Source of the DNA: Mobula hypostoma
Lineage: Eukaryota
Reading direction: 5' to 3'
Assembly (NCBI RefSeq): GCF_963921235.1
Contig: NC_086106.1
Coordinates: 23,560,001 to 23,624,000 of the forward strand
DNA: 64,000 nt
Below are positions 1 through 12,024 of the stretch, one piece after another. Positions within the stretch are counted from its first letter, which is position 1; the number at the start of each line of letters is the position of its first letter. Both the position numbers and the translations under genes were made by a program. Under the pieces are notes generated by a model. It had not been told where the DNA came from and did no database searches. It worked only from the letters and a program-made list of their open reading frames with translations.

Positions 1-1220
1 ATCGAGAGTGGTTGCTGGTTCGTCTCCTCAGTTTCCCGTACTCGCCTCCGTGGGGTAATTCAGGCCGTCTTTGCTGTTAACCTATGGTTGGATATGTCCC
101 TTCCTGTCCTTGCCTCCATTGTGTAAGCCCGGTCGCCTTTGCCGTTACCCTGAGGCCTGACTGTTCAATTCCTTATGAAGCCCTGCATACAACCTGCGTC
201 TGGCGCCTTGCCTGCAACCTTGTGAAGTTCAACCACCGGAGCGAAACTGGAGCCTTGATGTGTCAAGATAAGAAACTGACTATCGTTGAGTTGGAACTGT
301 CTCTGTGTCCATACCTTCGATAGGTTGGTCCGGCTGTTTGCCGCTACCTGGTCTTAGAAACTGTCCTGTGTCCACGGCTTCGCTAGGTAGATCCAGCCGT
401 TTGACGCTACCTAGTGTTCGAAACCGTCTCGTCGTGTTCAGCATTCTGTGTAGAGCTCGGCCCCAGGTCCTGTTCCCAAGGAGGGGTCCTGGCTCTGTGT
501 TCTCTGTATGAGTCACTGCCCTACGTCCTGTTTCCAAGAAGGTGGGGGGGGGGGTGTTCCCGGCTCTGTGTTCAATGTTCCTGTCTCTCAAGTCTAAGGC
601 ACCGTGTTCCCGTGCTCTAGACCAAGGCTCTGTGTTCCTGGCCTCGCCAAGACCAAGTGAAGGCTTCCGGATTTGTGTTCCGAGTTCCCTGTCTCCCAAG
701 ACCACGTCATGTCTTTGGTGTTCGAGTCCGAGTCAAGACCCAGATTCTGGGTCCTTGTCCAGTCTCTGGCTCAGAGTCCGAACCCAAGCTCCGTCATGTC
801 CTCACCTTGATGAACCCAAACCTCGTCAAGTCCTCGCCTGGAGGAACGTAAGCCTCGTCATGTCCTCGCCTCGTGGAGACCAAGCCACATAGAACCCATA
901 CCTCGAGGAACCTAAGCCACCTAGAACCCATGCCTCGAGAAACCCAAGCCATGTCCAGTGCTGTAACCACGTCATGCCCTCGCCTAGTTCCGGGGTCCCA
1001 GCCTGAATCAAGACCCAGGTTCCGGATTCTCGCCCAATCTCTGGCTCGGAGTCGAAGCCCATGCTCCTAGTTACCAGTTCCTTGTCCTGGTCCCGGTTGT
1101 CTAGACAACGTCCTCGCCCAAGTCTGCGTTCTTGGCCCAGCAATCTAATCAAGTCCTCTTCCTAGTATTTCAGTGTCTGTGTCTTGCATTTTGCTCCTCT
1201 ACATCACCCCCCTCATGATA
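1..1220. mobile_element. LTR-like repeat (partial, runs off the window start) with short internal tandem motifs
   Basis: Pyrimidine-rich sequence built of recurring motifs (ctctgtgttcc, gtcctcgcc, aacccatgcctcgag). It ends ...gtgtctgtgtcttgcatttt...ctcatgata and has no coherent ORF. The LTR assignment is from pattern resemblance only. Confidence 0.45.
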
Positions 1221-1569
1221 TTCCCACTTATAAGACACGCAAGAACAAGTCTCTGGTCAAGTAGTCAGGGTATGCGGACATCTGCTCACTGGTATCTTCA
1301 CGCACTTCTTCAAAACTTCTCTCAGTCAGATTTCGTATTATCCGCCATCGTCCCAGTAACAACGAGCTCTAAACTTTGAAACTGAACGTCCACAGGATTA
1401 CAGCCCGGTAGCAATGACTACAGTCGTCATGAATTGCCTTGAGCAGTTGGCCACACCCGACACCAACCATTTTTTTTCTGAAGGACAGAATCTCAATACC
1501 TTGGAAAGTATCCTATGTTTACGGCCTAGTTCTTGTAGGTCATGTCCCACCAAGTCTATCGAGTATTTC

Positions 1570-2540
1570 AAGGAAGATGCCAGGAAAATGGATGAAGGCA
1601 AGACAGTGGATGTTGTCTGAATTGTCTTTGACAAAGCCGTTGATAAAGTCCCGCATGGAAGTCGGTCAACAAATTTCAGTCATATTAAATTGGAGAAGAC
1701 ATATTGACTTTGTGGGAAAGTCCAAAAAGTGACAGAATATGTTACCTCTCTGACGGAAGAGATGCTGCTAATGGAGTACCACAGGTGTGTTGGGCATCAA
1801 CGATGTGGTTGCCAATGTAGTTAACTAGATAAGAAGATTTGCTGATGACTACAAGATTGAGGGCTAATGGTCAGCGTGGAAGCCTGTCATGAATTGTAGG
1901 GAGACCTGGATTAGCTGGAAAAATATTACGTAAAAATGGCAGACAGGTGTGATGTGTTACACTTCGTTAAGACCAATCAGGGTAACATTACACATCGAAG
2001 GGGAGGAATCTGAGGAATGTGTTGAAAAAAAAAGAAAAAAAAATCTGCGATTTTTTTGAAAGTGGTATCACAGGTAGATTTGTCCTTAAAGGCAGTTTTT
2101 GGCACATTAGATTTCAGGAATATATGGTACAGCAGTAGGATGGTACGTTGAAGTTTTAAGGCCTTGGTGAGGGCTAATTTGGCGTATACTGTACAGTTGT
2201 GTTCAGCTACCTGCTGCAAATGTGCAGATAAGGTTGAAATGGTGAGGAGAATATTTAGAAGAATGCCTCCCGGTCTGGCAGACCTGAGCTATGCGGGAAG
2301 GATTAATAAATGATGACATTATTACTCAAAACTTCGCGATTCGAGAGGAAATTTGACAGATGTATACAAAAATATGAAGCATATAGATCAGGTAAATGGA
2401 AGCAGGGTTGCATTTACTGTGGCTTGGGTGGGAATTAACCAGAGCTCATGTATTCACGGCAAAATGTCAAAGGTTCCAAGGGAACATCAGAGGAAAATTC
2501 TCCAGTTAGACGTCCTGAGATTGTGTGATGGCCTGCTCGC
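1570..2540 (+). mobile_element. Degenerate CR1-type LINE 3' fragment (RT)
   Basis: Decayed RT text: gacagtggatgttgtc (VDV), ataaagtcccgcatgg (DKVPH), tttgctgatgactacaag (FADD), gaggctaatttgg...tactgt (RPxLEYC-like). Many stops and frameshifts. Confidence 0.75.
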
Positions 2541-2658
2541 CCTCGTGGTGCATGCAAACTCGATTTCAAACTAAGCGCAGTGTGGATATCTACATTGACC
2601 CTGGTGTCTGGAGAGCTATGGTCTGGGTGCATGTCGAATCGAGGAGTTCGGTTATAAA

Positions 2659-5600
2659 ATAGAACATAGAATAGTACAGCACAGTACAGGCCCTTCGGCC
2701 CACAATGTTGTGCCGACCCTCAAACGCTACCTCCCATAATAGCGCCCAACTTAGATTCCTCCATATACCTGTCTAGTAGTCTCTTAAACTTCACTAGTGT
2801 ATCTGCCACCACCACTGACTCAGGCAGTGCAGTCCACGCACCAACCACTCTCTGAGTAAAAAACCTTCCTCTAATATCCCCCTTGAACTTCCCACCCCTT
2901 ACCTTAAAGCCATGTCCTCTTGTATTGAGCAGTGGTGCCCTGGGGAAGAGGCGCTGGCTATCCACTCTATCTATTCCTCTTATTATCTTGCACACCTCTA
3001 TCATGTCTCCTCTCATCCTTCTTCTCTCCAAAGAGTAAAGCCCTAGCTCCCTTAATCTCTGATCATATGCATATTTTCTAAACCAGGCAGCATCCTGGTA
3101 AATCTCCTCTGCACCCTTTCCAATGCTTCCATATCCTTCTTGTAGTGAGGTGACCAGAACTGGACACAGTACTCCAAGTGTGGCCTAACCAGAGTTTTAT
3201 AGAGCTGCATCATTACATCGCGACTCTTAAACTCTATCCCTCGACTTATGAAAGCTAACACCCCATAAGCTTTCTTAACTACCCTATCCACCTGTGAGGC
3301 AACTTTCAGGAATCTTTGGACATGTACCCCGAGATCCCTCTCCTCCTCCACACTACCAAGTATCCTGCCATTTACTTTGTACTCTGCCTTGGAGTTTGTC
3401 CTTCCAAAGTGTACCACCTCACACTTCTCCGGGTTGAACACCGTCTGCCACATCTCAGCCCACTCTGCATCCTTGCAATGTCTCTCTGCAATCTTTGACA
3501 ATCCTCTACACTATCTACAACACCACCAACCCTTGTGTCGTCTGCAAACCTGCCAACCCACCCTTCTACCCCCACATCCAGGTCGTTAATAAAAATCACG
3601 AAAAGTAGAGGTCCCAGAACAGATCCTTGTGGGACACCACTAATCAAAATCCTCCAATCTGAATGTACTCCCTCCACTACCACCCTCTGCCTTCTGCAGG
3701 CAAGCCAATTCTGAATGCACCTGGCCAAACTTCCCTGGATCCCATGCCTTCGAACTTTCTGAATAAGCCTACCGTGTGGAAGCTTGTCAAATGCCTTACC
3801 AAAATCCATATAGATCACATCCACTGCACTACCCTCATCTATATGCCTGGTAGCCTCCTCAAAGAACTCTATCAGGCTTGTTAGACATGATCTGCCCTTC
3901 ACAAAGCCATGCTGACTCTCCCTGATCACACCATGTTTCTCTAAATGCCTATAAATCCTATCTCTAAGAATCTTTTCCAACAGCTTTCCCACCACAGACG
4001 TAAGGCTCACTGGTATATAATTACCCGGACTATCCCTACTACCTTTTTTGAACAAGGGAATAACATTCGCCTCCCTCCAATCCTCCGGTACCATTCCCAT
4101 GGACAACGAGGACTTAACGATCATAGCCAAAGGCTCAGCAATCTCTTCTCTCGCCTCGTGGAGAAGCCGGGGGAATATTTCGTCAGGCCCCGGGGACTTA
4201 TCTGCCCTAATGTATTTTAACAACTCCAGCACCTCCTCTCCCTTAATATCAGCATGCTCCAGCACATCAACCTCACTCATATTATCCTCACCATCATCAA
4301 GTTCCCTCTCATTGGTGAATACCGAAGAGAAGTATTCATTGAGGACCTCGCTCACTTCCACAGCCTTCAGACACATCTTCCCACCTTTATCTCTAATCGG
4401 TCCTACCTTCACTCCTGTCATCCTTTCTTTCTTCACATAATTGAAGAATGCCTTGGGGTTTTCCTTTATCCTACTCGCCAAGGCCTTCTCATTACCCCTT
4501 CTTGCTCTTCTCAGCTCCTTCTTAAGCTCTTTTCTTGCTTCCCTATATTCCTCTATAGACCCATCTGATCCTTGCTTCCTAAACCTCATGTATGCTGCCT
4601 TCTTTATACTGACTAGATTTTCCACCTCACTTGTCACCCATGGTTCCTTCACCCTACCATTCTTTATCTTCCCCACCGGGACAAATTTATCCCTTACATC
4701 CCGCAAGAGATCTCTAAACATCGACCACATGTCCATAGTACATTTCCCTGCAAAAACATCATCCCAATTCACACCCGCAAGTTCTAGCCTTATAGCCTCA
4801 AAATTTGCCTTTCCCCAATTAAAAATGCTCCTGTCCTCTTTGATTCTATCCTTTTCCATGATAATTATAAAGGCCAGGGTGCGGTGGTCACTGTCCACCA
4901 GATGCTCACCCACTGAGAGATCTGTGACCTGACCCGGTTCATTACCGAGTACTAGATCTAGTATGGCATTCCCCCGGTCGGCCTGTCCACATACTGTGAC
5001 AGGAATCGATCCTGGACACACTTAACAAATTCTGCCCCATCTAAACCCTTGGAATTAATCAGGTGCCAATCAATATCAGGGAAGTTAAAGTCACACATGG
5101 TAACAACCCTGTTATTTTTGCACCTTTCCAAAATCTGCCTCCCGATCTGCTCCTCTGTATCTTTGCTGCTACCAGGGGGCCTATAGAATACCTCCAGTAG
5201 AGTAACTGCTCCCTTCCTGTTCCTGACTCCCACCCATATTGACTCAAAAGAGGATCTTGCTACATTACCCACCCTTTCTGTACCTGTAATAGTATCCCTA
5301 ACCCGTAATGGCACCCCTCCTCCCCCTTTTCCTCCGTCTCTGTCCCTTTTGAAGCACTGAAATCCAGGAATATTGAGAATCCATTCCTGCCCTGGTGCCA
5401 GCCAAGTCTCTGTAATGACCACTACATCATAATTCCATGTATGTATCCAAGCTCTACGTTCATCATCTTTGTTCCTGATGCTTCTTGCATTGAGGTACAC
5501 ACATTTCAGACCTTCTACCTTACTGTCTTTACACTGTTTATTCTGTTTCTCTTTCCTCAAAGCCTCTCTGTATGTTAGGTCTGGCTGTACTCCATGCACT

Positions 5601-6660
5601 TCTTTCACTGCCTTATTGCTCTGGGTCCCATCCCCCTCGCAATTTATCTTAAACCCTCCCGAACCAAGCTAGCAAACCTACCTGCAAGGATATTGCTCCC
5701 TCTCGAGTTCAGGTGCAACCCATCCAATCTGTACAGGTCCCACCTTCCCCAGAAGAGATCCCAATGATCTAAAAATCTAAAACCCTGCTCCCTGCATCAA
5801 CTCCTCAGCCATGCATTCAACTGTCATCTCCTCCAATTCTTACCATATCTGTCACGTAGCATTGGCAGCAGTCCTGAGAACGTCAGCCTTGAGGTCCGGT
5901 TTTTCAGCCTCCTACCTAATTCCCGAAACTCACACTACAGGACATCATCCCTCTTCCTGCCTATGTGGTTGGTCCCAACATGTATCACGACTTCTGGTTG
6001 CTTTCCCTCTCGTACCAGGATGTCGTGCACCCGGTCAGAGGCAGCCTGGACCCTAGCACCCGGGAGGCAACAAACCATGCGGGTGTCCTTCTCACGTCCA
6101 CAAAATCTCCTGTCTGCTCCTCTGACTATAGAGTCTCCAATGACGACAGCGCTCCTCTTCTCCGTCCCACCCTTCTGCACCACAGGGTCAGACTCAATGC
6201 CGGAGGCCCTGCTACCGTGGCTCACACATAGTCGGTCGTCCCCGCCAACAGTATCCAGGATGGTAAACTTACTATTCAGGGAAATGGCTACAGGGGTGCT
6301 CTGCACTACCTGTCTGCTCACCTTCGCTTTCCCCCCTCTGATTGTCACCCAACGACCTGCTTCCGACAGCCTAGGTGTGACTACCTCCCTGTAGCTCTCA
6401 ACTATGACTGCCTCATTCTCCCTTATGAGTCCAACGTCATCCAGCTGCTGCTCCAGAACGCCCAGCCGTATGCACTTCTGACAGATGTGACTCTGCGGGA
6501 GAGGGGGATTCCCCCAAGACTGCGAAATCTCACACGAGAGGCACATCATCATCTCAGGAGACATTGTAAAAACTAACTGCGAGCTAGCTTGTCCTCCGCC
6601 TCTTATCGTAGAAGCCTCTCGTGTCAAATCCCCAAAGCTCCACTCCTTCACTGGCCCACT
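2659..6660 (-). mobile_element. Near full-length CR1-clade LINE, frameshifted (ORF1 esterase plus ORF2 APE-RT)
   Basis: ORF1 5935-6663 has SGNH-type motifs VVIGDSIVRG, CLPGARV and VIHVGTN. ORF2 is split over 4958-5608 (YLNARSIRNK, ITETWL, CDFNFPDIDW), 3372-5021 (GVPQGSVLGP, FADD), 3052-3501 and 2720-3031. A 3' (TTCTATG)-type tail lies at about 2659-2671. Confidence 0.95.
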
Positions 6661-6809
6661 CATGCTATGAATTTATACGTTTTATAATTCCAAGACACTA
6701 TGATATATGCCAATGCACCTGACATGCAACTGGCCATAACACATTTTAACAGTGAGACATTTGTGTCAGAATACTGTTTCCAGATTTCGGTTCGGCATTC
6801 AATACTATT

Positions 6810-7260
6810 GTCTCATAGACCTTAGTCAGAAGACTCCTTTTCATCATTCGAAGTATACTACTGCAATAATGTACAAAACGGTGCTGGACTTCCCAATCAA
6901 CAAACTACAGATAGAGAGAATGCCCAAGTGTTCCACCTTCTCCATCATCTGTAACACTGAAACCACACAGAACAGTGTACATCCAGTTAATAAACAACCA
7001 CACGTCCAATTTCCTGTAGTCATATTGTCAAGATTATCGAACACAGGACAGTTGTGGGACTCATCACCAAATACTATGAAACGGCCTATAGAGAAGAGGT
7101 GTAAGAACATGCAACTGGCTGTTAGAAAAGTAATGTCTTTATAAATGGCACCAAAACGAAGGGGACGGCGACTAACTTTAACAAAGCATGGATTACTCAC
7201 ACCGCTGTGTGCATTGACGTCACCGCAGCGGAAACTGCGAGAAGATTCAGTCGCCGGCGT
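6810..7260 (-). pseudogene. Possible decayed TCR V relic (leader + V exon)
   Basis: GTGAGT donor at 7200 and acceptor ctttctaacag| at 7119 give an 82-nt intron. The exon reads ASC...FIVFGDESHNCPVFDNLDNMTTGNW (C-x13-W) ...GKSSTVLYIIAV...GVF*, with the stop at the Cys104-equivalent position 293 nt into the exon (296 nt in the intact V). No valid RSS. Confidence 0.4.
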
Positions 7261-7649
7261 GAGTATATCTGACAACTTTTTATGATCCAGGGAGACATGT
7301 AACACCGCCTATGTGTTTTTTTTTCTAAGGGACATCAGAATCTGTACTCAAATCTATTTACAGATGCACAGCAGAGAATATCATGAATTGTCGAAACACT
7401 GCCTGGCCCAGAAACAACCCTGCAGCATACAGGGAGCTGTTTTTCAAAACTTTCCAAAACATAACCAACACTAGCGTACACGCCATCAAAGAAATAAAAA
7501 CAGAACCATGTCCGAAAACGGCAGGTGAATTCATGAAGGATACAACACACTCAGTCCCTTAAGGATTTGACGCAGACCATTAAGGGAACACCAGGCTCTA
7601 AAATAATTCACCAAGGTGAATAAGGCTGGAGAAGAGAGCTGGAGCTCAA

Positions 7650-7791
7650 TAAGGAGAGAGAGAGAGGGGGAGAGAGACAGAGACAGAGAGAGAGGGTGTT
7701 TGGACGGAACTTACGTGAAATTGGCGGCTGAAAATACCGAGGCTCTGGAGAGCGGTTGAGATTATTTGGCAGCGGAGGAGAATCAAGTGAC

Positions 7792-7866
<75 letters not shown>

Positions 7867-7980
7867 ATAGGAGAGATGAATAAATGAAGAAAGAGAGAGA
7901 AAGACAGAAGTGAGAGCGATGAACAGAGAGACAGAGAGAGAAAACCAGAATGAGAGAGAGAGAGAGAGAGAGAGATCAAC
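7650..7980. repeat. (GA)n / GA-rich microsatellite block
   Basis: Directly visible; the pure (AG)n run spans about 7794-7864. Confidence 0.98.
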
Positions 7981-7994
7981 AGACGGACGCAGAT

Positions 7995-8150
7995 GTACTG
8001 ACAACACGCTGGAGGAACTCAGCAGGTCGGGCAGGATTCCGGCCGGAAACGTCGACCGATCTTTTCCACAGATGCTGCCCTACCTGCTGAGTTGCTCCAG
8101 CGTCATGTGAGTGTTGCTTTGACCCCGGCATCTGCAGATTATTCTGTGCT
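7995..8150. mobile_element. SINE/Penelope-tail-type short repeat
   Basis: acgctggaggaactcagcagg...gatgctgccctacctgctgagttgctccagc. Related sequences occur at about 26210-26340, 31570-31650, 49870-49990, 52900-52990 and 63730-63970. Confidence 0.7.
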
Positions 8151-8159
8151 CACGAGACG

Positions 8160-8313
8160 GAGAGACAGACAGACAGACAGACAGATAGAGAGGAAAGAGA
8201 AGAAAGATCAACAGAGAGTCTTTATCTCTGTTTTTAGAGAGAGAACAATAGAGAGAGTGTGTAGAGAGAACAACAATGGGAGAAAGAGAGCGACAGAGAT
8301 AAGAGATAGAGAT

Positions 8314-8345
<32 letters not shown>

Positions 8346-8560
8346 CGAGAGCAACAAAACCGGTCTGATACTTATCGTTGCACAAGAATATCAATGAATG
8401 GTCTACAAGGAAAACATCCATTAGACTCTATTTCATGTACTCCTGAACTATTATACGCATATGCACACTCTCTCTCTTTCTGCACACACGCAGACACTCG
8501 CACATACACACACACACAGACACACAGGCACGCACACACACAGACACACACACACACAAA
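8160..8560. repeat. GA-rich and (CA)n-rich low-complexity tracts
   Basis: Directly visible at 8160-8350 and 8480-8560. Confidence 0.95.
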
Positions 8561-8809
8561 CACACTGATGACTGATTTCCGTTTGAATGTCATCGCTCAT
8601 ATTTGTCTTGCCATGAGATACCAGAGGCTATATATCTCACTGTGACATGGGAAAAAAGTGGTGCCGTTACAGCATAACTGAATCTTCACAGACGAAGGCG
8701 AGGGAAACTTCAACCGGTAATCTTGGTGCTGGGATACCACAACCAGAAAAGGAGTGCACAGATATACCCAGCTACAGCGCTCGAAGCATGGATTCTACAG
8801 TAAGTGTTT

Positions 8810-8848
8810 TTTTTTTGTACGAGGATTTAATCAGAATACATCACTGTG
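8810..8848 (-). promoter_or_regulatory. Recombination signal sequence (23-RSS) of V gene 1
   Basis: Heptamer CACAGTG (8848-8842), 23-nt spacer (8841-8819), nonamer ACAAAAAAA (8818-8810; consensus ACAAAAACC). Confidence 0.95.
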
Positions 8849-9155
8849 CGGCTTAGGGCGCAATAATAAACTGCAGAGTCGCCTACTTGCAGATTTGAGA
8901 TGGTGACACGAAATAATTTACTTCCCTTGTCTAGAGAGGTTTTGAAGTGTGTTTTGGCAATTTCTGCTGTATCTCCGGATCCCCGTGAAGTTGTGTACAC
9001 TATGTATTCGAGACTTTTTTCTGGCCTTTGTCGGTACCAATATAAAACATAGTCGTTCCATGTAGTATCATAGGTGCATTTGAAAGTCACAGTCTCCTCT
9101 TCGGTCGTCACTGCCGGTGGCTCTATCTGACTAACTGAGTTTCCATGACTCGTAT
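8849..9155 (-). CDS. TRAV/TRDV: TCR alpha/delta-type variable gene 1, V exon (apparently functional)
   Basis: Acceptor tttttttag|. The 307-nt exon reads (D)TSHGNSVSQIEPPAVTTEEETVTFKCTYDTTWNDYVLYWYRQRPEKSLEYIVYTTSRGSGDTAEIAKTHFKTSLDKGSKLFRVTISNLQVGDSAVYYCALS. Cys23, Trp41 and YYC are intact and the 23-RSS follows directly. Alpha versus delta cannot be decided from germline V alone. Confidence 0.93.
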
Positions 9156-9252
9156 CTAAAAAAAAATGTTAGAAAATGAAATGTTATATTGACTTTTTTT
9201 CTTTCAGAATTCAGTTTCGAGAGGACTTATGAGTTGTCTGCTGCGCACAAAC

Positions 9253-9298
9253 CAGTTAATGGGGCTCCAAACATAATCCAAATAAAGAACGTCAACAT
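9253..9298 (-). CDS. TRAV/TRDV: Leader exon of V gene 1
   Basis: ATG at 9298 gives MLTFFIWIMFGAPLT+G (46 nt, phase 1). Donor GTTTGT and a 97-nt intron splice in frame to the V exon, giving a 20-aa signal peptide. Confidence 0.88.
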
Positions 9299-9299
9299 A

Positions 9300-9480
9300 C
9301 TTTTACATATAAAGGAAGGGTTATCTTAGTTTCTCCTCACAAATTGTCGCCAGGCGCCAAGAAGCTCCGATTTTACCGTTTAAGTGGAGGTGTATTTGAT
9401 GTAATGGGCAGGAAATGAAAAGCACCCAATGGGATCGCGGCGTCACGATACATTCTCCGCCTTTTGCTCAATTGGACAAG
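9300..9480 (-). promoter_or_regulatory. Putative promoter of V gene 1
   Basis: Ets-type CAGGAAAT (9409-9416), palindrome CCCAATGGG (9425-9433) and CRE half-site CGTCA (9441-9445) lie 110-150 nt upstream of the ATG. All are conserved in the second copy. Function is inferred. Confidence 0.4.
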
Positions 9481-9641
9481 GTATATATACCTCCAGGTAA
9501 AGAAAAGAATCACAGTCTTCTTTACCATACCACGAAAACCTGTCAGTAACCGAGGGCCATGAGAAGACCGGTTAACTCGGTACAGAGAAAGGATTTTATT
9601 GGGAAGGTTGTGAGAAAATAAAGGAGACACAGTAGGGTTAG

Positions 9642-9703
<62 letters not shown>

Positions 9704-9725
9704 CAGAGAGAGAGAGAGAGAGAGA
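9642..9725. repeat. (TG)n(AG)n compound microsatellite
   Basis: Directly visible. Confidence 0.98.
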
Positions 9726-9789
9726 CTGATAGATAGTCAAACAGGTAGACTGTAAAACGTTGCAACACATCACACTAGCAATGCAGGTA

Positions 9790-10130
9790 AACTGGAGAAT
9801 AATAAAGACCAGTATCTCTACAATCGCTTCGCTGGGTCTTTGGAATGAGAGGCACCGTTAACTTTGCCAATCCATAACATGACTTCATCGATATGGCCAA
9901 TAAGCAGAGCGAACGTTGCAGTTCCAGATTCATAAAACGTAAAAACGTAAATAAAAAAGAGTGAATATCTGTGGAAAGCAAGAGAAAGACGATGTTCGAT
10001 CTTTCTACAGCTCTGAGTAAGCCCTGTCCAGGCATTCTAAACAATATTGGACGGTCTGGACAGTTTGCACCAGGTATTTCGGACATATCCCAGGATGCTG
10101 TATACTCTTTAGATAATATGCATTTCAATG
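9790..10130 (-). pseudogene. Internally deleted V relic (psi-A)
   Basis: Leader-like end ...ATA CCT G|GT at 10070, a 102-nt intron and acceptor ctttctcttgctttccacag| (9969). The exon starts DIHS, contains frameshifted YESGTATF...W and ends DTGLYYS only 58 codons in. No RSS. Confidence 0.45.
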
Positions 10131-10984
10131 ATTGTCTGTCCGTCGAAAATTAATTTAGCCGAAACGTGTCTGACCCAACCTATTGTAGCGCGTACGCTTC
10201 TTGCACCTCGCTGAAACAAAGACATCTGAATCTTCGACAAACATGGAGTGCATGAAACCTACGGTACAAATATTGCCGATTTTAACAGATTCTCACGGGG
10301 AAGCACAGCCGAATTATCTTTAAGAAGCACAAAGAATGATAGCCTTGTATCTTTCTACCTCTCACTGATTCACTTTCTTTCCATCTCACTCAAGCTCTGT
10401 CATCCTCTCTCTATTCTTATCTCTGTCAGTATCCCTGCATATCTCAAGATTTTTCACTACTTGTCTTTCTCTACGACTCCCGTTATCTTTCTACGTCCAT
10501 GCCCCTGCCTTCTTTTAGCCACCAATATCTCCCCATTTACTGTTGTTCTTTTCCATTTCTTTGATATGTGGGTCAATTGTACTTTCTCGTTTTTATTAGA
10601 GGTCGTCTTTTCTCGCCCCTCTCTCGCCTCTCTCTCGCACTTTGTGCAGTTTGTGCTTGTGCGTGTGCTCATTGTATTGTTATTTCTCATGCTTAATCTC
10701 ATCACTTTTTTTTTTCCTTTGCGTATCGGCCTTGCACGTATTAATTCCTCACTATGGACGTTCTCCCTCCGAGAGTGTCCTAACAATAGAACATCAGACT
10801 GAATCGTTACCCCTCCAGCGTGTGTTTTACTGTTTCTTTCTTTGTCCAGTCCTTGAAAAAAATCTCTTCCCTCTCTAGCACTCCCATTCTCTCAGTCTAT
10901 TGACATAAGCGCCACTGAGGCTGTAATTAGCATTGCTCTGCTACATTTCGGTTCATTTCGGAGATCCGTAGTTCAATTCCAGTG

Positions 10985-11195
10985 CTGTTTTGTAACGAGA
11001 CCCCTCACGTCTTTACCATGGAATCCACGGGGTTTCCCCGAATATTCTGGTTTCCATAACAGACCAAATATGTACGGGGTAGGTTAACTGGAAAATGCAA
11101 ATTGCTCCGTGATTAGCTAGAGATTATCATGTTTGGTCGGTGGTTGCAGGGACGGCGTAGTTCAAAGGTAGCTCGGAACTACTCGGCACTGCATC
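10985..11195 (+). mobile_element. SINE-like short repeat
   Basis: gggtttccccgaatattctggtttcc...atgtacggggtaggttaactgg...gtgattagctag resembles tRNA-derived fish SINE bodies. Duplicated at about 34310-34510. Confidence 0.5.
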
Positions 11196-12024
11196 ACTGC
11201 AATTGAAAGAAAACAAAACAAAACAAATGTGCTTAATATACCAAAATAATTTTATCAGCGACAGGCCACTGAAGTAAAAGTAAAAGGTTTCATCTGCAAA
11301 TGTGCTTGGCCGGAGTTGCTGTTTTTTTTTCTTCTTTTTTTTCGTCTCTCTCTTTACTGGGTCGTTCCAGAAGATGGCACACTAAGTATCAATGTTTGAG
11401 TACAAAATAGGATTGACAGAAATATCAGGAGCGGGTACTCTATTACGGCCGTGAATATGGTGATCAATTTCTTCGCTCCTCATTCCACAAATCTGCTTGG
11501 ACACTTGTTTCAACAACTAATTTCCCCTCTCACTTTAACTCTATCAGGAAATATGGTCGCGAAAGTAATGATTTAAAGCATTTGTTGGCATTTTCAAGCT
11601 TCCGAGTGACTGCCATTGTCGCCGGAATGCAACGTTCCGGTAACCGCAGTCTGCAACGCTCGGAGTGGCCTTATCTCGTCTGGAACAGAATGGGCTTAAT
11701 GTAGCTGCTGACTTCATGCAGAGAAATGAGGACGGGATTGATGAGACTGGAATCTGTGCAATTTGATCGGTGAAATCTGACAGAGATGGCATTCACCGCC
11801 AGAATGCTATCCAGTTTTGTGAATTTATCTGAAGTCTGTATTTCTCCAGATTTTTTTTGTTTTATTTTATTTCATTTCATTTATTTATTTATTTATCTAT
11901 TTACTTTACTGGAGACATCCTATGTACGGTTAAAGCTATTTTATTAATCTGTTCCGCTCCAGGAAGTCAAATAAGAATCAATGTATCCGGAATGAAGATT
12001 TTTTTTTTTTCTGTAGCGAAATCC

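Noticed and set aside
6722-7120. 13-nt direct repeat ACATGCAACTGGC flanking ~385 nt as a TSD
   Set aside because: The enclosed sequence has no element termini or tail, and such a match is plausible by chance in 64 kb.
8606-8644. CACTGTG 170 nt beyond the V RSS (also at about 31903) as a D or J signal
   Set aside because: There is no nonamer at 12 or 23 nt and no paired RSS or FGxG motif.
7608-8645. SL/ER/CV-rich ORFs
   Set aside because: These are translations of GA and CA microsatellites.
9491-9528. Alternative leader MVKKTVILFFTW (and MEKKTVTLFFSFPG at about 32760-32804)
   Set aside because: It is out of phase in copy 1 and needs a ~335-nt intron. The 9253-9298 exon is in phase in both copies with a ~100-nt intron.
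10160-10802. 184-aa and 210-aa ORFs (10248, 33562) with LTQP and RFSRGSTAELSL motifs
   Set aside because: The motif spacing is too short for a V domain, and the rest is translation of a CT-rich low-complexity strand.
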